Part shown: positions 28,893-43,145 of the stretch, one piece after another
Position numbering within the stretch: the first letter of the stretch is position 1
Layout of the letters: each line of letters starts with the position of its first letter
Source: Eledone cirrhosa
Taxonomy: Eukaryota
Direction: 5' to 3'
DNA length: 64,000 bases
Assembly: GCA_964016885.1 (NCBI GenBank)
Contig: OZ024755.1
Location: 13,888,001 to 13,952,000, forward strand
Translations under genes and position numbers: made by a program
Notes under the pieces: generated by a model
What the model was told of the DNA's origin: nothing
What the model saw: only the letters and a program-made list of their open reading frames with translations
The model's database searches: none

Positions 28893-29077
28893 AGGCGGTG
28901 GATTGGCAGTATGGGTAGAGTTTCGGACGCCATGCTTTCCAGCATAGTTACGTTCCTTTATGATCTGAGTTCAAATCCCGCCGAGGTTGACTTTGCCTTT
29001 CATCCTTACGGGGGCGATAAAATAAAGTACCAGTAATGCACTGGGTGATTGCTGGTCTTGTGCCTAAAGTAGAAACA

Positions 29078-29116
<39 letters not shown>

Positions 29117-29185
29117 CGGGGTCGATAAAATAAAGTACCAGTAATGTACTGGGTAATTGGTGGCCTTGTGCCAAAAGTAGAAACA

Positions 29186-29186
<1 letters not shown>
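28893..29186 (+). mobile_element. SINE family A full copy (28893-29080) plus tandem 3' fragment (29117-29186)
   Basis: Both end in (ATT)n tails. Confidence 0.9.
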
Positions 29187-29260
<74 letters not shown>

Positions 29261-29347
29261 GTTGAATTCCATCCGAGGTTTATGCCTTTCATCATTTCAA
29301 AACCGATAAAAATATACTACTCAAGTTCTGGGGTATATTTTTCTTTT

Positions 29348-29449
<102 letters not shown>

Positions 29450-29463
29450 AAAAATATATATAT

Positions 29464-29628
29464 AGAAAAATCTACCCCAGTACTTGACAGTACATTTTTT
29501 ATCGGTTTTGAAATGTTGAAAGGCATAATTGACCTCGGATGGAATTCAACTCATAGAGCAGAGAGGTGGAACAAATTAGGCATAGTATTCTATCCGACTC
29601 TCTTATGAAGCTGCTACTTCGCTGCCTT
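29464..29628 (-). mobile_element. Diverged SINE family A, partly duplicated in inverted orientation at 29261-29344
   Basis: TTTTATCGGTTTTGAAATGTTGAAAGGCATAATTGACCTCGGATGGAATTCAAC. Confidence 0.7.
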
Positions 29629-29895
29629 CAAGCAGAAGTGAGAAAAATATGAAAGAAAATTTTTATATTGTTTTTATCTTAAAAATAAATATTATTTCTC
29701 AATTCCCAAAATAGGTGAATAGCAAAATTGGTAAAATGCCGAACAAAATGTTTTGTTGTATTTAATGAAGTTCTTTTATGTATCTTAAATATGAATAATG
29801 AAGTTCTTTTATGTATCTTAAATAAACCATTGCGTTCTATTCTATAGAGAAGATAGTAGTAGCAGCAGCCACAGCAGCAGCATCAGCAGTAGTAA

Positions 29896-29949
<54 letters not shown>

Positions 29950-30111
29950 AAATGATAATGTTGACGTTATTGTTGTTTAGGAGAATGATAAAGCTTGTGG
30001 CGCTGGTGGTGTTGATTGTAGTAGCAGCAGCAGTAACTAAACACATACATGCATGCATACATACATACATAGACACAGACACATACACGCAGATGGCGTT
30101 CTCTATCAAAT

Positions 30112-30660
30112 TAATATACCTGTGAGAGTTATATATATGTTACAGTAATATACTGTACCAATAATATACCTGTAATATTAATACCTATAGCTGTATTATA
30201 ACTGTGACAGTAATATAGTTGCAATAGCAATATACGGGTTACTATGACATATCTATGACAGTTATACACCTGTCATAGTCTTATACCTGTTACTATGACA
30301 TGACTATAGTAATAATATACCTGTGATAATGATATACCTGTGGTAGTAATATACCTGGTATTATGACATATCCGTAATTGTAATATACCTGCTACAATGA
30401 CATACCTGTTACTATAACATATCCGTGACCGTAAGACACCTGTGAGAATTATATGCCTTGTGACACACCTGTGATAGATATATACCTGTGACAGTTACAC
30501 ACCTATGATAGATATATATCTGTGGTCGTAATTATACCTGTGATAGTAATATATTTGTTACTATGATATACCTGGGGCAGTTATATACCTGTTAGAATTA
30601 TACACCTGTCACATATATAGCTGTCATAGTTATATACCTGTGATATTAACATACCTGTAA
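30112..30660. repeat. Degenerate minisatellite, ~17-19 bp unit (ATATACCTGTGA..)
   Basis: Recurring ATACCTGT core at regular spacing. Confidence 0.85.
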
Positions 30661-30910
30661 TGATTAAATGAGGCCAGATGTGATTTAAAGCTAGAAAACG
30701 GCATTGCTAATGCCAATACTATATTATATATTCTTTACAAAATAGAACAAATTTTAATTTGTCATTCTGCCTCGATCCTAGATTTGGTATAAAAACATGT
30801 CTGTAAACTCGTTATCAATTTTTCCTTTGTGGAAACCTGTGGTGAAAGACGAAATATCTATCTGCTGAGGACGAAGAAAAATAAGTGTAACGACTAATAG
30901 CGTCTCTTTA

Positions 30911-31410
30911 TCTATATATCTAAAACAGAGAATGTCTGTCTGTCTGTCTCCCTAAAACTAGAGAACCACCCAACCGACTTTTTTCAAACTTTACACATAT
31001 AATACTTATGGTCGTGTGAGTGTTTTGAACAAAATATATTTCAAATTTTCAATGCCCTAGGGACCGCATTAGGCGCCGGTTAGTGATCTCTCTCTCTCTT
31101 TCTTAGTCTGTCTTTTTAGGTAGATACATAGCTATAACGTCGGGCCCTTATAATATCTGTCTGTATGTCTGACTGTCTGCATTACGACATTATGAAAACA
31201 TTAACTTCGCTATCTGACGTATTATCTTCGCTATTTTCCGTTCATTGCCAGGGAACGTCTTCACGAACCAAAGTATCGTCTTCCTGTTTTCCTTAGATTG
31301 CAACGTTTTTCGAAATATTTACTTCTGTGTTCACAGATTGATATTTTTAGTTTCAGAAGATCCCGTTAATGGTGAAAGCAGCGATTCTTTGCTTAAACTT
31401 TAATCTGTTA

Positions 31411-31490
<80 letters not shown>

Positions 31491-31809
31491 TCGTGTACAG
31501 CTATTTTTGCATACACAAAAACAAAATATAAACAAACGTATTTATTTCACGAAAGCACAGACGGCTTATCGTCATTGTTACTGCCGATATGCCACCCAAA
31601 AATCCCACTACTTTTGGCACAAGGCCAGCAATTACATAGCCAACGGTTCGGAAATCACATGCATCACTGACAGTTTACTCCTTACTCTACCAGTTAGTCT
31701 TAGTGTACTTCGTCCTGCTTTTATGTCATGCCTGTACTGTTTCAGAAAAGAGGGATAAACATGCCAATCTATGTTTAGAATCCCGAGCAACGCTGGGCCA
31801 TTCTGCGAG
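30911..31809 (+). mobile_element. Non-autonomous Helitron-like element
   Basis: A|TC 5' end, (GTCT)n near the 5' end, subterminal hairpin CCCGAGCAACGCTGGG, 3' CGAG|T (CTAG variant). Collinear with 48227-48937. Confidence 0.75.
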
Positions 31810-33029
31810 TTATTACTATAGGCGATTTGTCTAACAAGATAGAGTGATGTTGATGTATAAACTATGGCGTCAATTTAATTTTCAAGTCGATATAATTAAA
31901 GTATTTTCGCTGTGTTGTAATTACTAAATTATACTAAACAAGATTTTAACATATATTTTTATTTCCAAACATGTGGTTAATTCAAAATAATTACTGTTAG
32001 TTATGATTTTTTTGTTTCGTTAAAATAAAATTTGATATCGATCTTGGCGTTGCGATTTCTTTCACCATTTAAGTTGCTGAATTGACTGACATTAACAGCT
32101 AGGTTTGTCTGATCACTTTTTCTGAAAAATAAAAATAATATTTAGCTGCACTTCGTTGTTTACATTTTATAAACCGACACAGACACAAAACTATGACATT
32201 TTGTGACAAAAACAAAATTGCATAGTTGTTAATTAATAGAGAATGGGATTTTTAATTAGTCTAAGTTGTAATTGCAACATCATCACCAATATCGAAAGTA
32301 GAAGCATATTCCAGACGCCTTAATGAAATATTGTGTAAGACAGTAGATTTAACAATAGTGATATTTGTAAAATATTTGAGTAGTATTGTATGGTTGTATT
32401 GAAATTTGTATTCTTTATTCTAATGAAATAAAAGAATAGGTAAGAATGCCTGAGTGAGGTTAGGGTGCTTATGTTCAGCTTTGGTGGTCTGTTGATTAGT
32501 TGTCAGAGAACAATCAAATAAGATATATTTTTCCAAAATAATGATATTTAAGTTTTCTGATTTTCAAACGGAAAAAATTCTTACAGAAGTACTCTTTTTA
32601 TCATGCGACAGGTTTTACTGGGTGTTACCAGTAGCACTCAAGAGTGACCCGACATACATACATACATACATACAGTTTTCACGGTCCGAGAACTGAAAAG
32701 AATGCGATTCAGGGTAGTACTCGATGAATATTATCATTGGTAGGATTTGAATTCAGAACAAGAAGAGCCAGAAATATTAACATAAAGCTTCCTGTCGGAC
32801 AGACCTGGGGGAGAGATCGGCTCTGCCATGCTTAAAATGCCCACATCACGCTGTGTATCAGAACGGCGCCTCAACGAGTTCATCAGAAGTTAAAGACCTT
32901 TTCTTTTCCATCATATCTCACACTCTAACGACTTTGTCAATTCATTGCCTTGTAGATAAATACCTTCAGACTGCTTGATTTGTGATAGATATATAATAAA
33001 CGATTCCTTTTTTTCGTTTTCTTTTGCAG

Positions 33030-33323
33030 CAAAGCTTGATGGTGTGAAAACTTATATGACATTGCGAAGGGTTCCGCTTATTCTCCAAGATCGAGTCATT
33101 AAATGGTTTGATTATTTATGGATGTGTAATAAATCTACGGATGAAGAGCGAACGCTTAGTTTACTCCCAGACAAACTCAAAGCAGAGATAGCAATTCACG
33201 TGCACTTGGATACATTAAAACGGGTAGAAATATTCCAGAATACAGAAGCCGGTTTCTTATGTGAACTGGTCCTTCGGCTCCGTCCTGTCCTTTTCTCCCC
33301 AGGAGATTATATTTGCCGGAAAG
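33030..33323 (+). CDS. Internal exon of a cyclic nucleotide-gated cation channel alpha-type subunit (C-linker and start of cNMP-binding domain)
   Basis: Translation (A)[30 protein letters not shown]...[53 protein letters not shown](G) is typical of the CNG C-linker/CNBD. Polypyrimidine tract plus TTGCAG acceptor ends at 33029 and GTAAGT donor starts at 33324. Length 294 nt, phase 1-1. From memory it resembles the invertebrate CG42260-like subfamily (unverified). Confidence 0.95.
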
Positions 33324-34019
33324 GTAAGTATTCCACTTATACTTTTAATAATACCATATACCATTACAGCTTTGTTAATCTAACAAATGTGTCACAGTCT
33401 TGCTCTGCACAACAAGCCCTCCGTGATATTCGATATGTTTGAAAAAAAGATCTGACTCGAAGCGAAATGAAATATTAAAGTTTTTGGAAATGTCCACATC
33501 AATAACGTATAAAAGAAAAACTAATAACTACAAAATCAGAAATTTAGGTTTAAATAAACTCAATGCATATGTACATTATAAAAAATATTAGTCTCAAGAT
33601 TATCAGATGAAATGTTTTTTCAATTCTGTACATTTTAAACATGAACCCTGCCTAAGAAAGCAAGAACAGCATCCATCCTGGTTACCATTGAGAAACTTGC
33701 TGACATTGCTCATATGAATAAAATATCGCATCACCCACTCCTTAATAATAAACAGTACGTCTATAAATCCCTCGGCATGACAACAAATGGTAGGCCACAC
33801 TACCATTAAATATCTTTCATTGTAAAAGTACATACTTAATATAAAAAGAACTGCATTTGAAATATTAACGTTTCTATTCAGAGCTTGAAAATACTTCAGT
33901 CTACCCTTCTCTCTCATACACACAATTACCTCCCTTCTAAAAAGTTCAGTTGGAACCAGCATCAACATACGGTAAACGGAAACACTGACACAAATACGGA
34001 CGCGTACTCTACTATAGCC

Positions 34020-34135
34020 GCAAACCGAGGCTATAGTAGAAGACATTTATTCAATGTTCCACGCAGCGGAACCGAGCCCCAAAACGACGTAGCTGCCCAG
34101 CGAAGTCCTTAACTACACAGTCATGCTTGCGCTTA
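34020..34135 (-). mobile_element. Second, older tRNA-derived SINE family (CORE-like). Related decayed copies near 3280, 8685, 10140, 14415, 15580, 18695, 21965, 37810, 50590 and 61240
   Basis: Minus strand reads GCATGACTGTGTAGTTAAGG..GGTTCCGCTGCGTGG..TGTCTTCTACTATAGCCTCGG. Similar A-box, B-box and core order at the listed sites, which may represent more than one family. Confidence 0.55.
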
Positions 34136-34873
34136 TATTTTCTTATTTTTTCAATTCATTTTTTTACAGCCCAGATTGCCCGAGTCTAAATTATATCCAC
34201 ATACATATGGTTATCTTCTACAATTAGGCATTCGTTAAATTAACACGCTTCCAGAACTAATCATATCTTCTTAACGCTTCACAATAATTTCAGTTCAGAC
34301 ATTAATTAATCACTGATACATTTGACAAGTTGTGACTTGTTTGTTATCTACTTAGATTCAACTTTGTCTGACTCATCAGTCGGCCATCCCGTTATCCTGA
34401 TCGCGTCAAAAATGGGTGGAATATTCTTCGTGTCAGTTGACTTTGTTATCGCTTCGTTTCACCTTCCTTTATTTTTTTTATTCCATTCTTTCTTTCTTCA
34501 TTAATTTCCTTCATTTGTTCATTATTTATTTATTTACATAGTTTTCATTATCTTTATCATATTAAATGAAAATCCATATATCTACCATAATTATCGCGAT
34601 ATATTTTATTACGACGCTAACACTCGTAAATAAAACCATAGCCACCATTTTGAAAACGTCTCGTTTAGAGGCCGACTGTCGGTCAAGCTAGACTATATGG
34701 CATCTATCATGCATTGATCACCGCGCTATTTTTTGCAAATGGAATTAGTTGTGACTATTAATGAACCTACTGACGTCAGAAAAAGTGAGGTGTCACAATT
34801 ACCAGACGTTGGCAGTTCAAATTTCACATGCACTTTGTTATTTCGTGGTTTTGAAATATAGACATTGCTGTGC

Positions 34874-34966
<93 letters not shown>

Positions 34967-35329
34967 GATTATAATTTTATCAGATTTAAACTAGTTAGAC
35001 CACTATTCCGCAGAGTACTCGATACTTGAGATAGTAGAGTGTGTCTATATTAGAGAGAGTTGGATTTTTCGACAGCTAATTAGCTGTTTAAACGGTAAGA
35101 GCTCCTAAATCATAATCTCAAAAGAGAACGATATATTAAATACCAAACTTGAAAAAGTACTGGGGTTGATATAATCAACAAAATAATCCCTTCAACGTGG
35201 TGTCCCAGCATGGCCGCAGTCTAATGGCTGAAACACATATAACAATAATTTTGTATGTATGTTTATGCATGTGACTTCTCCAGTTCTGTAGCCATCAGAC
35301 TGTTAGACCACAATATTGACCTCTACATC

Positions 35330-37630
35330 TATGTACATCAAATTTTTAACACCAAGACGATAAATGCTGATAACTTGTCAGTGCTAGCACGTGATCAGAA
35401 AATTGATATTGTATTGGTATTGTATCTATATGAGAGCATCGTAGAATAATTGATAATGATACCTCAGTTGATGTGGGAAATAGCTGGCAAGCCTATTTTT
35501 CTTCAACCAGGACAGCCAGCCATAGAGGAATCGGTTTCTTTGTTGACCCAAATATGCTTGGTACAATGTTAACCTTCCAAAGGCTCCACCTACGCAATGT
35601 TCGCATGTCTTTTTAACCAAGAAATAAACGCTTATATATTATTTGCTGCCATATGCCAACACTGCAAATGATAATACAAATGAGATTATAGGATGTAATG
35701 ATGATGTAGATACATGTTACAACAAAGTAACTTGTTTGGCATCTTATAGTTAATGATGTATGCGGGCATTGGGCGAACGTTCATGGAGACTTGAATACAG
35801 ACATTGAACCAAACTTCTCTCCGTTTACAATAAACACATTTTTCAACCCATACCCATACCTATATTTAGAAATCTAACGAAACATTATTGCAAACTACAC
35901 TATTATGTGTTTAGTTGCTCTGGACGATTTTCAACAGAAACAAGGAAAAGAAATTCCATTACTCACAAGGAAGAACAACACCAAACTGGATTATAACTTT
36001 AAACATCAACACTAGAAAAAGTTATGACTGAAGCTAAATCACTGAAATTAAAGTGCATCTAGTCAGATTCCTTGTATATTTTCTTTAAAATAATGGTGCA
36101 TGTGAACCATATACAATACAAATATTTATGATATATACATTTAATCTCAGCGTCTTTATTTTAAGCTGTGATCATATTACGGCTATCTCGGTATCGGGTT
36201 AGTTTCACAGCGTGACCAATTATACGCCGTCTATATTTGGAAGCACGCAATTTTAGTGATATCACTAACTTCTTGTTAAAGTTATGGGGGTTAAACAGAG
36301 AGACAGTAACTAAATAAAAACCTTTCTGAAATATTTAAGAAGCATGGTTTTCATTCTGGAAAGCTTTCAAGGAATCGATTCAAACTGCCACCTAAATAAA
36401 AATCAGTGTTTGTGGAATAGTGCCCTTGAATAATTCAAGCATGTCGTTTAAAAAAAGTTATTAGGAAGTCCTCTAAAACCCACTCAAAGGTTTTCCGTTA
36501 AGCATTAGCGACAAACTATCTATGAATGACAAGGAGAAGAAATATTGGAAGAGTTATTAAGTGAAATCATGCATTCACATGAAGCTGGAAGAACATGTAT
36601 TAAAACGTATTAACAAGATCGCTATCAGGAAGACCAAATCTGTGAGGATAGATTTTATTTTAGATCGCACGACAAAGATTCGGTTTTAGTTTGAAAAAGG
36701 TTTAACCCTTTTGATATCAAACCGCTTGAAACCACCCTTGCTATGCTATAAAACGCTTTCTTTATCTAAAAATCGTCTGTAAATTTTATGTAAGAACCTT
36801 GGTTAAGTTACTCTCCAAACGCTAGTTATATTACTAAATCACTCCTAGTTCTTGTTCATTTTCAAAATCCTTTGAAAATCATAGCGAGTCTATTTCATTA
36901 GAAATACGATAACGAAAGGGTTAATATATTTCAAATATCAATAACTTTGAACCAAATAATATTCTCCCTAGTGCAGCTTTTGTATCGATTGAACCGATTG
37001 ATGTAAAGGAATTAAAGAGAGCGATAAGTGTAAACGTTTGTGAAAAAGCTGTTGAACCAGACAAAATGTTGTCAGATGTGCTATGAATGTTTTCCTTCTG
37101 CCAAAACTCACTTAATAATTATGAATTCCATAATTATTGGATACGACCTACCAGAAGAAGTAAAAGGGTCTGTAATAGTAGCAATCCCAAAAGAAGAGAG
37201 ACAGCTGTGTTCTAGGAAATCAAAGATGGTTACCACTTACATCAATGAAATACTACTTCATAAGACTAACTACAAAAATGAGGGAATTAATTCTAACATT
37301 TTAATCTGGCTTCAAGCCAACATTGAAATACTACAGAATAAATACTATCATTAAGAATATACATCGACGCCTACCGTTCGATAAAACGTAATCTTGTCGT
37401 AAAGTTTGTGTACTTTTCTAAGCCATTTGATTGTGTAAATAGGTAGCAATTTAATATATGTTAACTTTCTACGAAGTGCCAAATATATTCATTAGCGCTA
37501 TTATGTCTTCATACACTAAAACCAATGTCTAATGCTGTACTACAACTTTTAACTATGATGTATTTGAGGGAGCTTCAAGTATACTTCAGGGAGACACTCT
37601 TATACCTTACTTCCTTGTAATTGTGTAGGG
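35330..37630 (+). mobile_element. Ancient, heavily decayed RTE-group LINE (APE endonuclease through RT motifs)
   Basis: Collinear remnants FNTKT..KIDIV..EHR (~35340-35440), GIGFLL (~35530), TKLDY (~35980), CDH (~36170), SVIVAIPK (~37170), FVYFSKPFDCVNR (~37405-37443) and ILQGDTLIPYFLVIV (~37581-37625). The last matches the 22.9 kb copy. Confidence 0.65.
36706..36920. mobile_element. piggyBac-like MITE
   Basis: TTAA on both sides (36702-05 and 36921-24). Termini CCCTTTTGATATC and GATAACGAAAGGG are an 11/13 inverted match. Confidence 0.7.
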
Positions 37631-38670
37631 ATTAGAAACGAATGGATCTCAGCTTGTTTTGAAGATAAGTGTTACAGTTTTTTCGATCAAAGGAACAGAC
37701 AGCCTGCTTATGAAATTGATATACAAGTGGTTCAGTATTTCTCCGACATACATAACCTTAACGTGATTCCCGATGAAAAGGCTGGCCTTTTGAATTAGAA
37801 GGACTTCCAAACAGTTTTTGTCTGCTTAGTTTCATTCCCAAGTCTTGAGCCAACCTGAGGCTATGTTAAATGAAACTTTCCCCCAAGAAGCCCTGGCATC
37901 TTAGCCAACATTGTAATAACCCTGGCAATTCGCCGTCTACAACACAATAAATTAAAATCAATGAATTACAAATGAAATTAATGTTTGTTGGAGAACTGAG
38001 TCTTACAGTCACATATACCGATTCGGAAAATGTTTTTAGACAAATGTGCCAATTAGAATGAGTTGCAGCGGAAAATATTTCCGTTATTTAGAAATTATGA
38101 TACACAAAGTGGATCTCAGTTATATAGGAACTAAGAACTCGGATAGCCGGAACAAATATCCAACGCCTTAATGAATTCCCCAGATCTACCGCCTTCTGAA
38201 TGTATGTATGTATGTACGTACACATATATGTACGCATGAATGTATGCATGAAGGTATAGATATAGATATCCATGAATGTATGCATGCATGTATGTATGTA
38301 TATATGTACGTACGTATTTATGTATGTATATATGTATGTAAGAATGTATGTATGAATATATGGATGTATATAAGGATGTAGGTGTATATATGTATGTGAA
38401 TGTAGTGTCTCTCTAGTTGTGTTTCTAGTAATTGCCATTGTCCTCTACACTGTACTAAGAGGATTAAATCACGTTTTTATTCTCCAAACATTTGTTTAAC
38501 ATTTAAATCTCATCACGGTTTAGCAAACACATTTTAACGCTCTTGCACTGGGGTTTATGGATATTGGGCATGGATATATATATATATATATATATGTGTA
38601 TGCGTCTGCGTATATACTATACATATATACATATACATACACAAACACATGCACATGCATACACACACAC

Positions 38671-38790
<120 letters not shown>

Positions 38791-39251
38791 GTCTGCTTGT
38801 GTAAAACATGCAAACACATACATATATGTGTGTATGCATTTATGTATGTGTGCATGTGTTAAGTGCATTCATTGAGATTTTTTTTTTCAATTAAATTTCC
38901 ATATAGTTTTAATTATCCTGGATTTACACCGTTTGATTTGGAAAGCTTTCTATGCATGGATTGTAAATATTTTCATTTAATATTCCACTTAGATTTAGAG
39001 ATAATTAAACTTGTTTTTTTTCTCATCGTTGTGCTCTCATTAATAGCTGTGAATGCCAAACCTGAAACCCTGAGTAGCAGCTAATTAAAATCAAAATTAT
39101 CGAAATTTTAAATGGTTTCACATATTATGTTGCTGAAATTAAATATATAATATTGCATACATATTTTAAAAGAAATACTGGATATGTAACACACACTCAC
39201 TCACTCACTCTCTCTCTCTCTCTCATACACACGCACACACACGCACGCACA

Positions 39252-39402
<151 letters not shown>

Positions 39403-39510
39403 AATGTTGACAGACGCGAGAATGAGCACTCAATATCGAAGCAATGTTTAACAACACGATAAGTATTTCACCTGTGTTCTCACAGTTACTGATAATAAAG
39501 AATCTAACTG

Positions 39511-39631
<121 letters not shown>

Positions 39632-40575
39632 ATCTTTCTATAAAATAAATATGCCTATTCTCTAATAATGTATTGAGTACCTTCTTTCAATTTTATTTAT
39701 TTATATATATATATAATTTATATGAAGTTTCCACCGGACCCTTGCATTTTCTTCCCTTTTTTGTGTACAGGGAATCTTTATTAAAGGCGCCGAGAGTAGA
39801 CGTGATATTATAGTCCCGGTCAACATAAATCAACTAACATATGATGAAAGACATTCCAGTGTTAGCTTAGATACCTAAAGTAATCTCATATACTGAGTAT
39901 TTCTGTTCATGTTTAGCAAGATAAGGTTCGAGTTAGGGGTAATTTGGTTGTTATTTCTAGAATGTCGGAGCACCACGTAGAGGCGACTGTGATTGTTCAT
40001 GAATCATGGTTTGGCAGCGTCGGCTATCGTATGGGATTCTACGTAGAAGGCGGCTGCATGTTTTTAGGGATGTCCTCTCTAGTATGTTGTGTTTATTTTC
40101 CTTTTGTAATAAGTATCATATGTTATCTCCTTGTTGCCGGGAGTTGCTGATGTTATAAACAGATTTATGAAATACACATAGATGATATATCGATAAAGAA
40201 ATGCCACCAGATCTCTAGAATATGATGGAAATTATCGATTTTTTCTTAACCACAGCATCACAGCAGCTGTCCAAGATGTCAGTACGTTTCAATACCTTAC
40301 AAAGCGTTGATGTGGCAGAACAAGCAAAATCAAACAAAGGCAATGATATACAATGTTGCTCATAGAGACGTGGATATGGGGATATGATAGCCAATGTATA
40401 TGGAATATCCATTGATTGTTCCAATAAGATATCGCCCTCTCTCACTCGTGTTATAACTCATTGGTATTTTCTTTTGAACACAAAAATGATAAAAGCAGCC
40501 CTTTTTTATTGGTGGCAAGGTTTTCCTTCTCAGCAAAAGTACATGTGAATACATAAACATTTATATATATATGTA

Positions 40576-40678
<103 letters not shown>

Positions 40679-41305
40679 ATATATATATTTAGTATTGACA
40701 TAAAATAAGCACCGTAAAATAAGCACCGTAAGTTTAAACATCACCAAAAGCTAATAGTAGTCAAGCAACCATAGGAGGCATCTCCAAACATATATATTCT
40801 GTTAGACTAAATCAAGTGAATATATCATTCGTCATTATTTGCCGTCACCGTAGTAACCATTTTTCAATTTATTTGATTTGTCTGGTAGTCACATAATATA
40901 TGTGAGGGCACGACATATACAGTTTGAATCCCATGATCATAACGCATGAAATCATGTATGTATGTGTTTTTGTTTGTGTGAGTGCACTTTACATAAATCT
41001 CTCCCTCTCACCCCCCCCCCCCCTACACACACACACATGAATATAAATATAGATAAAGAAAGGTATGTTCATTGTAGAACAGCCAAAACGGAACAGGTCC
41101 GCAAATCTGTACCCCAAAATGCATTAAGTATTATTCTGATCCTCTGATCTGTGGTCTTTGCGCTTTCCATACGACAAACAATTCATATATATTTATGTTA
41201 GTCAGTGTTTCCCTATTTTCCAGTTCTTCTTTATTAAAGTTTCGAAATTTCTCAGTATCCTATTTTTTTTTTTTTTAGTTTCTCTCTACTTCAATGTTAC
41301 ATTTT

Positions 41306-41617
41306 CTTCATATTCACCTTTTTCTCCATAAACCCACATTTAAACATTTTATTTAGCCCCTAACCCCAAATTACCCAAGATCACACAACAATCTGACCCT
41401 CAAGCTCTTTAAAAACAACACCCACATCTTTTCAATTATGAGTTTACATTTGTGAGTTTCTCTGCACTTTCCAGGCATATTTCCTTTATATTCACTTCGT
41501 TCTCCATAAAACATTATATTTAACCCCAAGTACCAATATCATCCAAGTTCACACAATATACTGACCCTACAAACACGTCATTCACCCATATCAACACCCA
41601 CATCCTTGCAATTGCGA
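41306..41617. repeat. Old tandem duplication, ~180 bp period
   Basis: ATATTCAC..TTCTCCATAAA..CCAAG.TCACACAA..CTGACCCT..CAACACCCACATC occurs twice. Confidence 0.65.
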
Positions 41618-43145
41618 TAATACGATTATTTTGTCTTGCTATAATTCCATTAGCCTCAAAAGATCTTGTTTCCATAAAGTTGCCGTCCCCTTCATTGTGT
41701 CGTCACCATAACCAAGCAATAATTTATTTCTCACGGTAAACTGGCTTTCTAATAGTGATGCCATCCCTATAGTAATGTCGCCCACACACTGAGGTATAGA
41801 AGAACAATTTCACTGCTACAATAACCTCATTAGCAACTATCTCACAAAAGCAATTTTATTTTGACTATCTCTCTCTCCATCTCACTCTCTATATCTATTT
41901 ATCGAAAATGTTCTAACCACAATTCCCACTCTCTACAACAACATCCCGTTTCCAACAATCTTGGTCTCCTTAAATCCTCGCTACTCCCAAACCAACCTAC
42001 TCATCAGATCCATACATATTCACACATACATACACACAACAAACACTCGTACAAACACAAAACAATCAAACAAACACTCAGACATGCGCAAACACACACA
42101 AACCTACACATAATCATGTACACAGTCTCTCTTGCTCACAATGTGCGATACACTTCACGCATTCTTCCAATAAATAACGAAGAACATCAAGAACAATAGG
42201 CGATTCCCAGGGGAGATAAACAACAAGAATAATGTAAACGACATAATGAAAGGTCTTTTATCTCAAAAGATCTGCCTTGCTCTAGAACGAATAGGCGAGC
42301 TTTGTGAGCCTAAAAACAGTTGACCCAAGAGCAATAATACCATAATAAATGGCATTAATGCTTGTCAAGAGACGAACCATTCTAGTTTTTCCTTATACAA
42401 CGAAAACACAATTTCTATTGAACTATAACTGACGTCTCCAGTACACAATCAATAAACGATTAGCTTATTAGCCAATCCTGGCTTTGGTTTTTCTTTGTTT
42501 TACTTTCATTTCTTCCGTTCCTTTTTTCTTTCTCTCTTTCTTTTACACATGGCCGCTCTGCTTCCATGCTTGGCCTCTTTCCTACGATATTTCCACGATC
42601 ACAGCTCGCAGACAGTCTTGATTTGTGTGGCCAACTGGCCATAAATCTTCACACAATGTATCTTCTTCACTCTAGTCTGAATTAATTTTGTTTTGATACT
42701 ACAAGCTGTTTATTTTACACCCACATCCTATCATTCTTTCTTCTCAATGGAAATGAAAATAAAAATCATTTTGTTCTCATTTTTTTCTTATTTATTCATA
42801 TATTTATTTTTTGTTATTGTTGTTGTTGTTTCTTCATTCTCTTTGTTGTCTCTTTTTATAACCTTTGTTCTTTGGTAAAGCGAAACTGATGAATTGGTAT
42901 CTCTGTAATAGTTATAGTAATAGTATTTTGTAATAGTGTGCATATGTGTGAACGTCTGTATATGTTCTTTATGCGTTGATGGGTCTATGTGAATACAAAT
43001 GTGTGTGTGTGTGTGTGCGCGTGTGTGCGTTTACACACACACACACACACACACCACATTTATATATATATATATAAAGTAAAGGTGATTGGAAAATGGA
43101 CGGGAAATTGTAACACTATCCAGATCCGTCCACCAGCTATGTATG

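Noticed and set aside
30112-30660. Regularly spaced repeats as a CRISPR array
   Set aside because: The units are degenerate and tandem, with no unique spacers or cas genes, in eukaryotic DNA.
32975-33442. 155 aa ORF as a complete gene
   Set aside because: Only 33030-33323 resembles a CNG channel and it is bounded by canonical splice sites. The rest is intron read-through.
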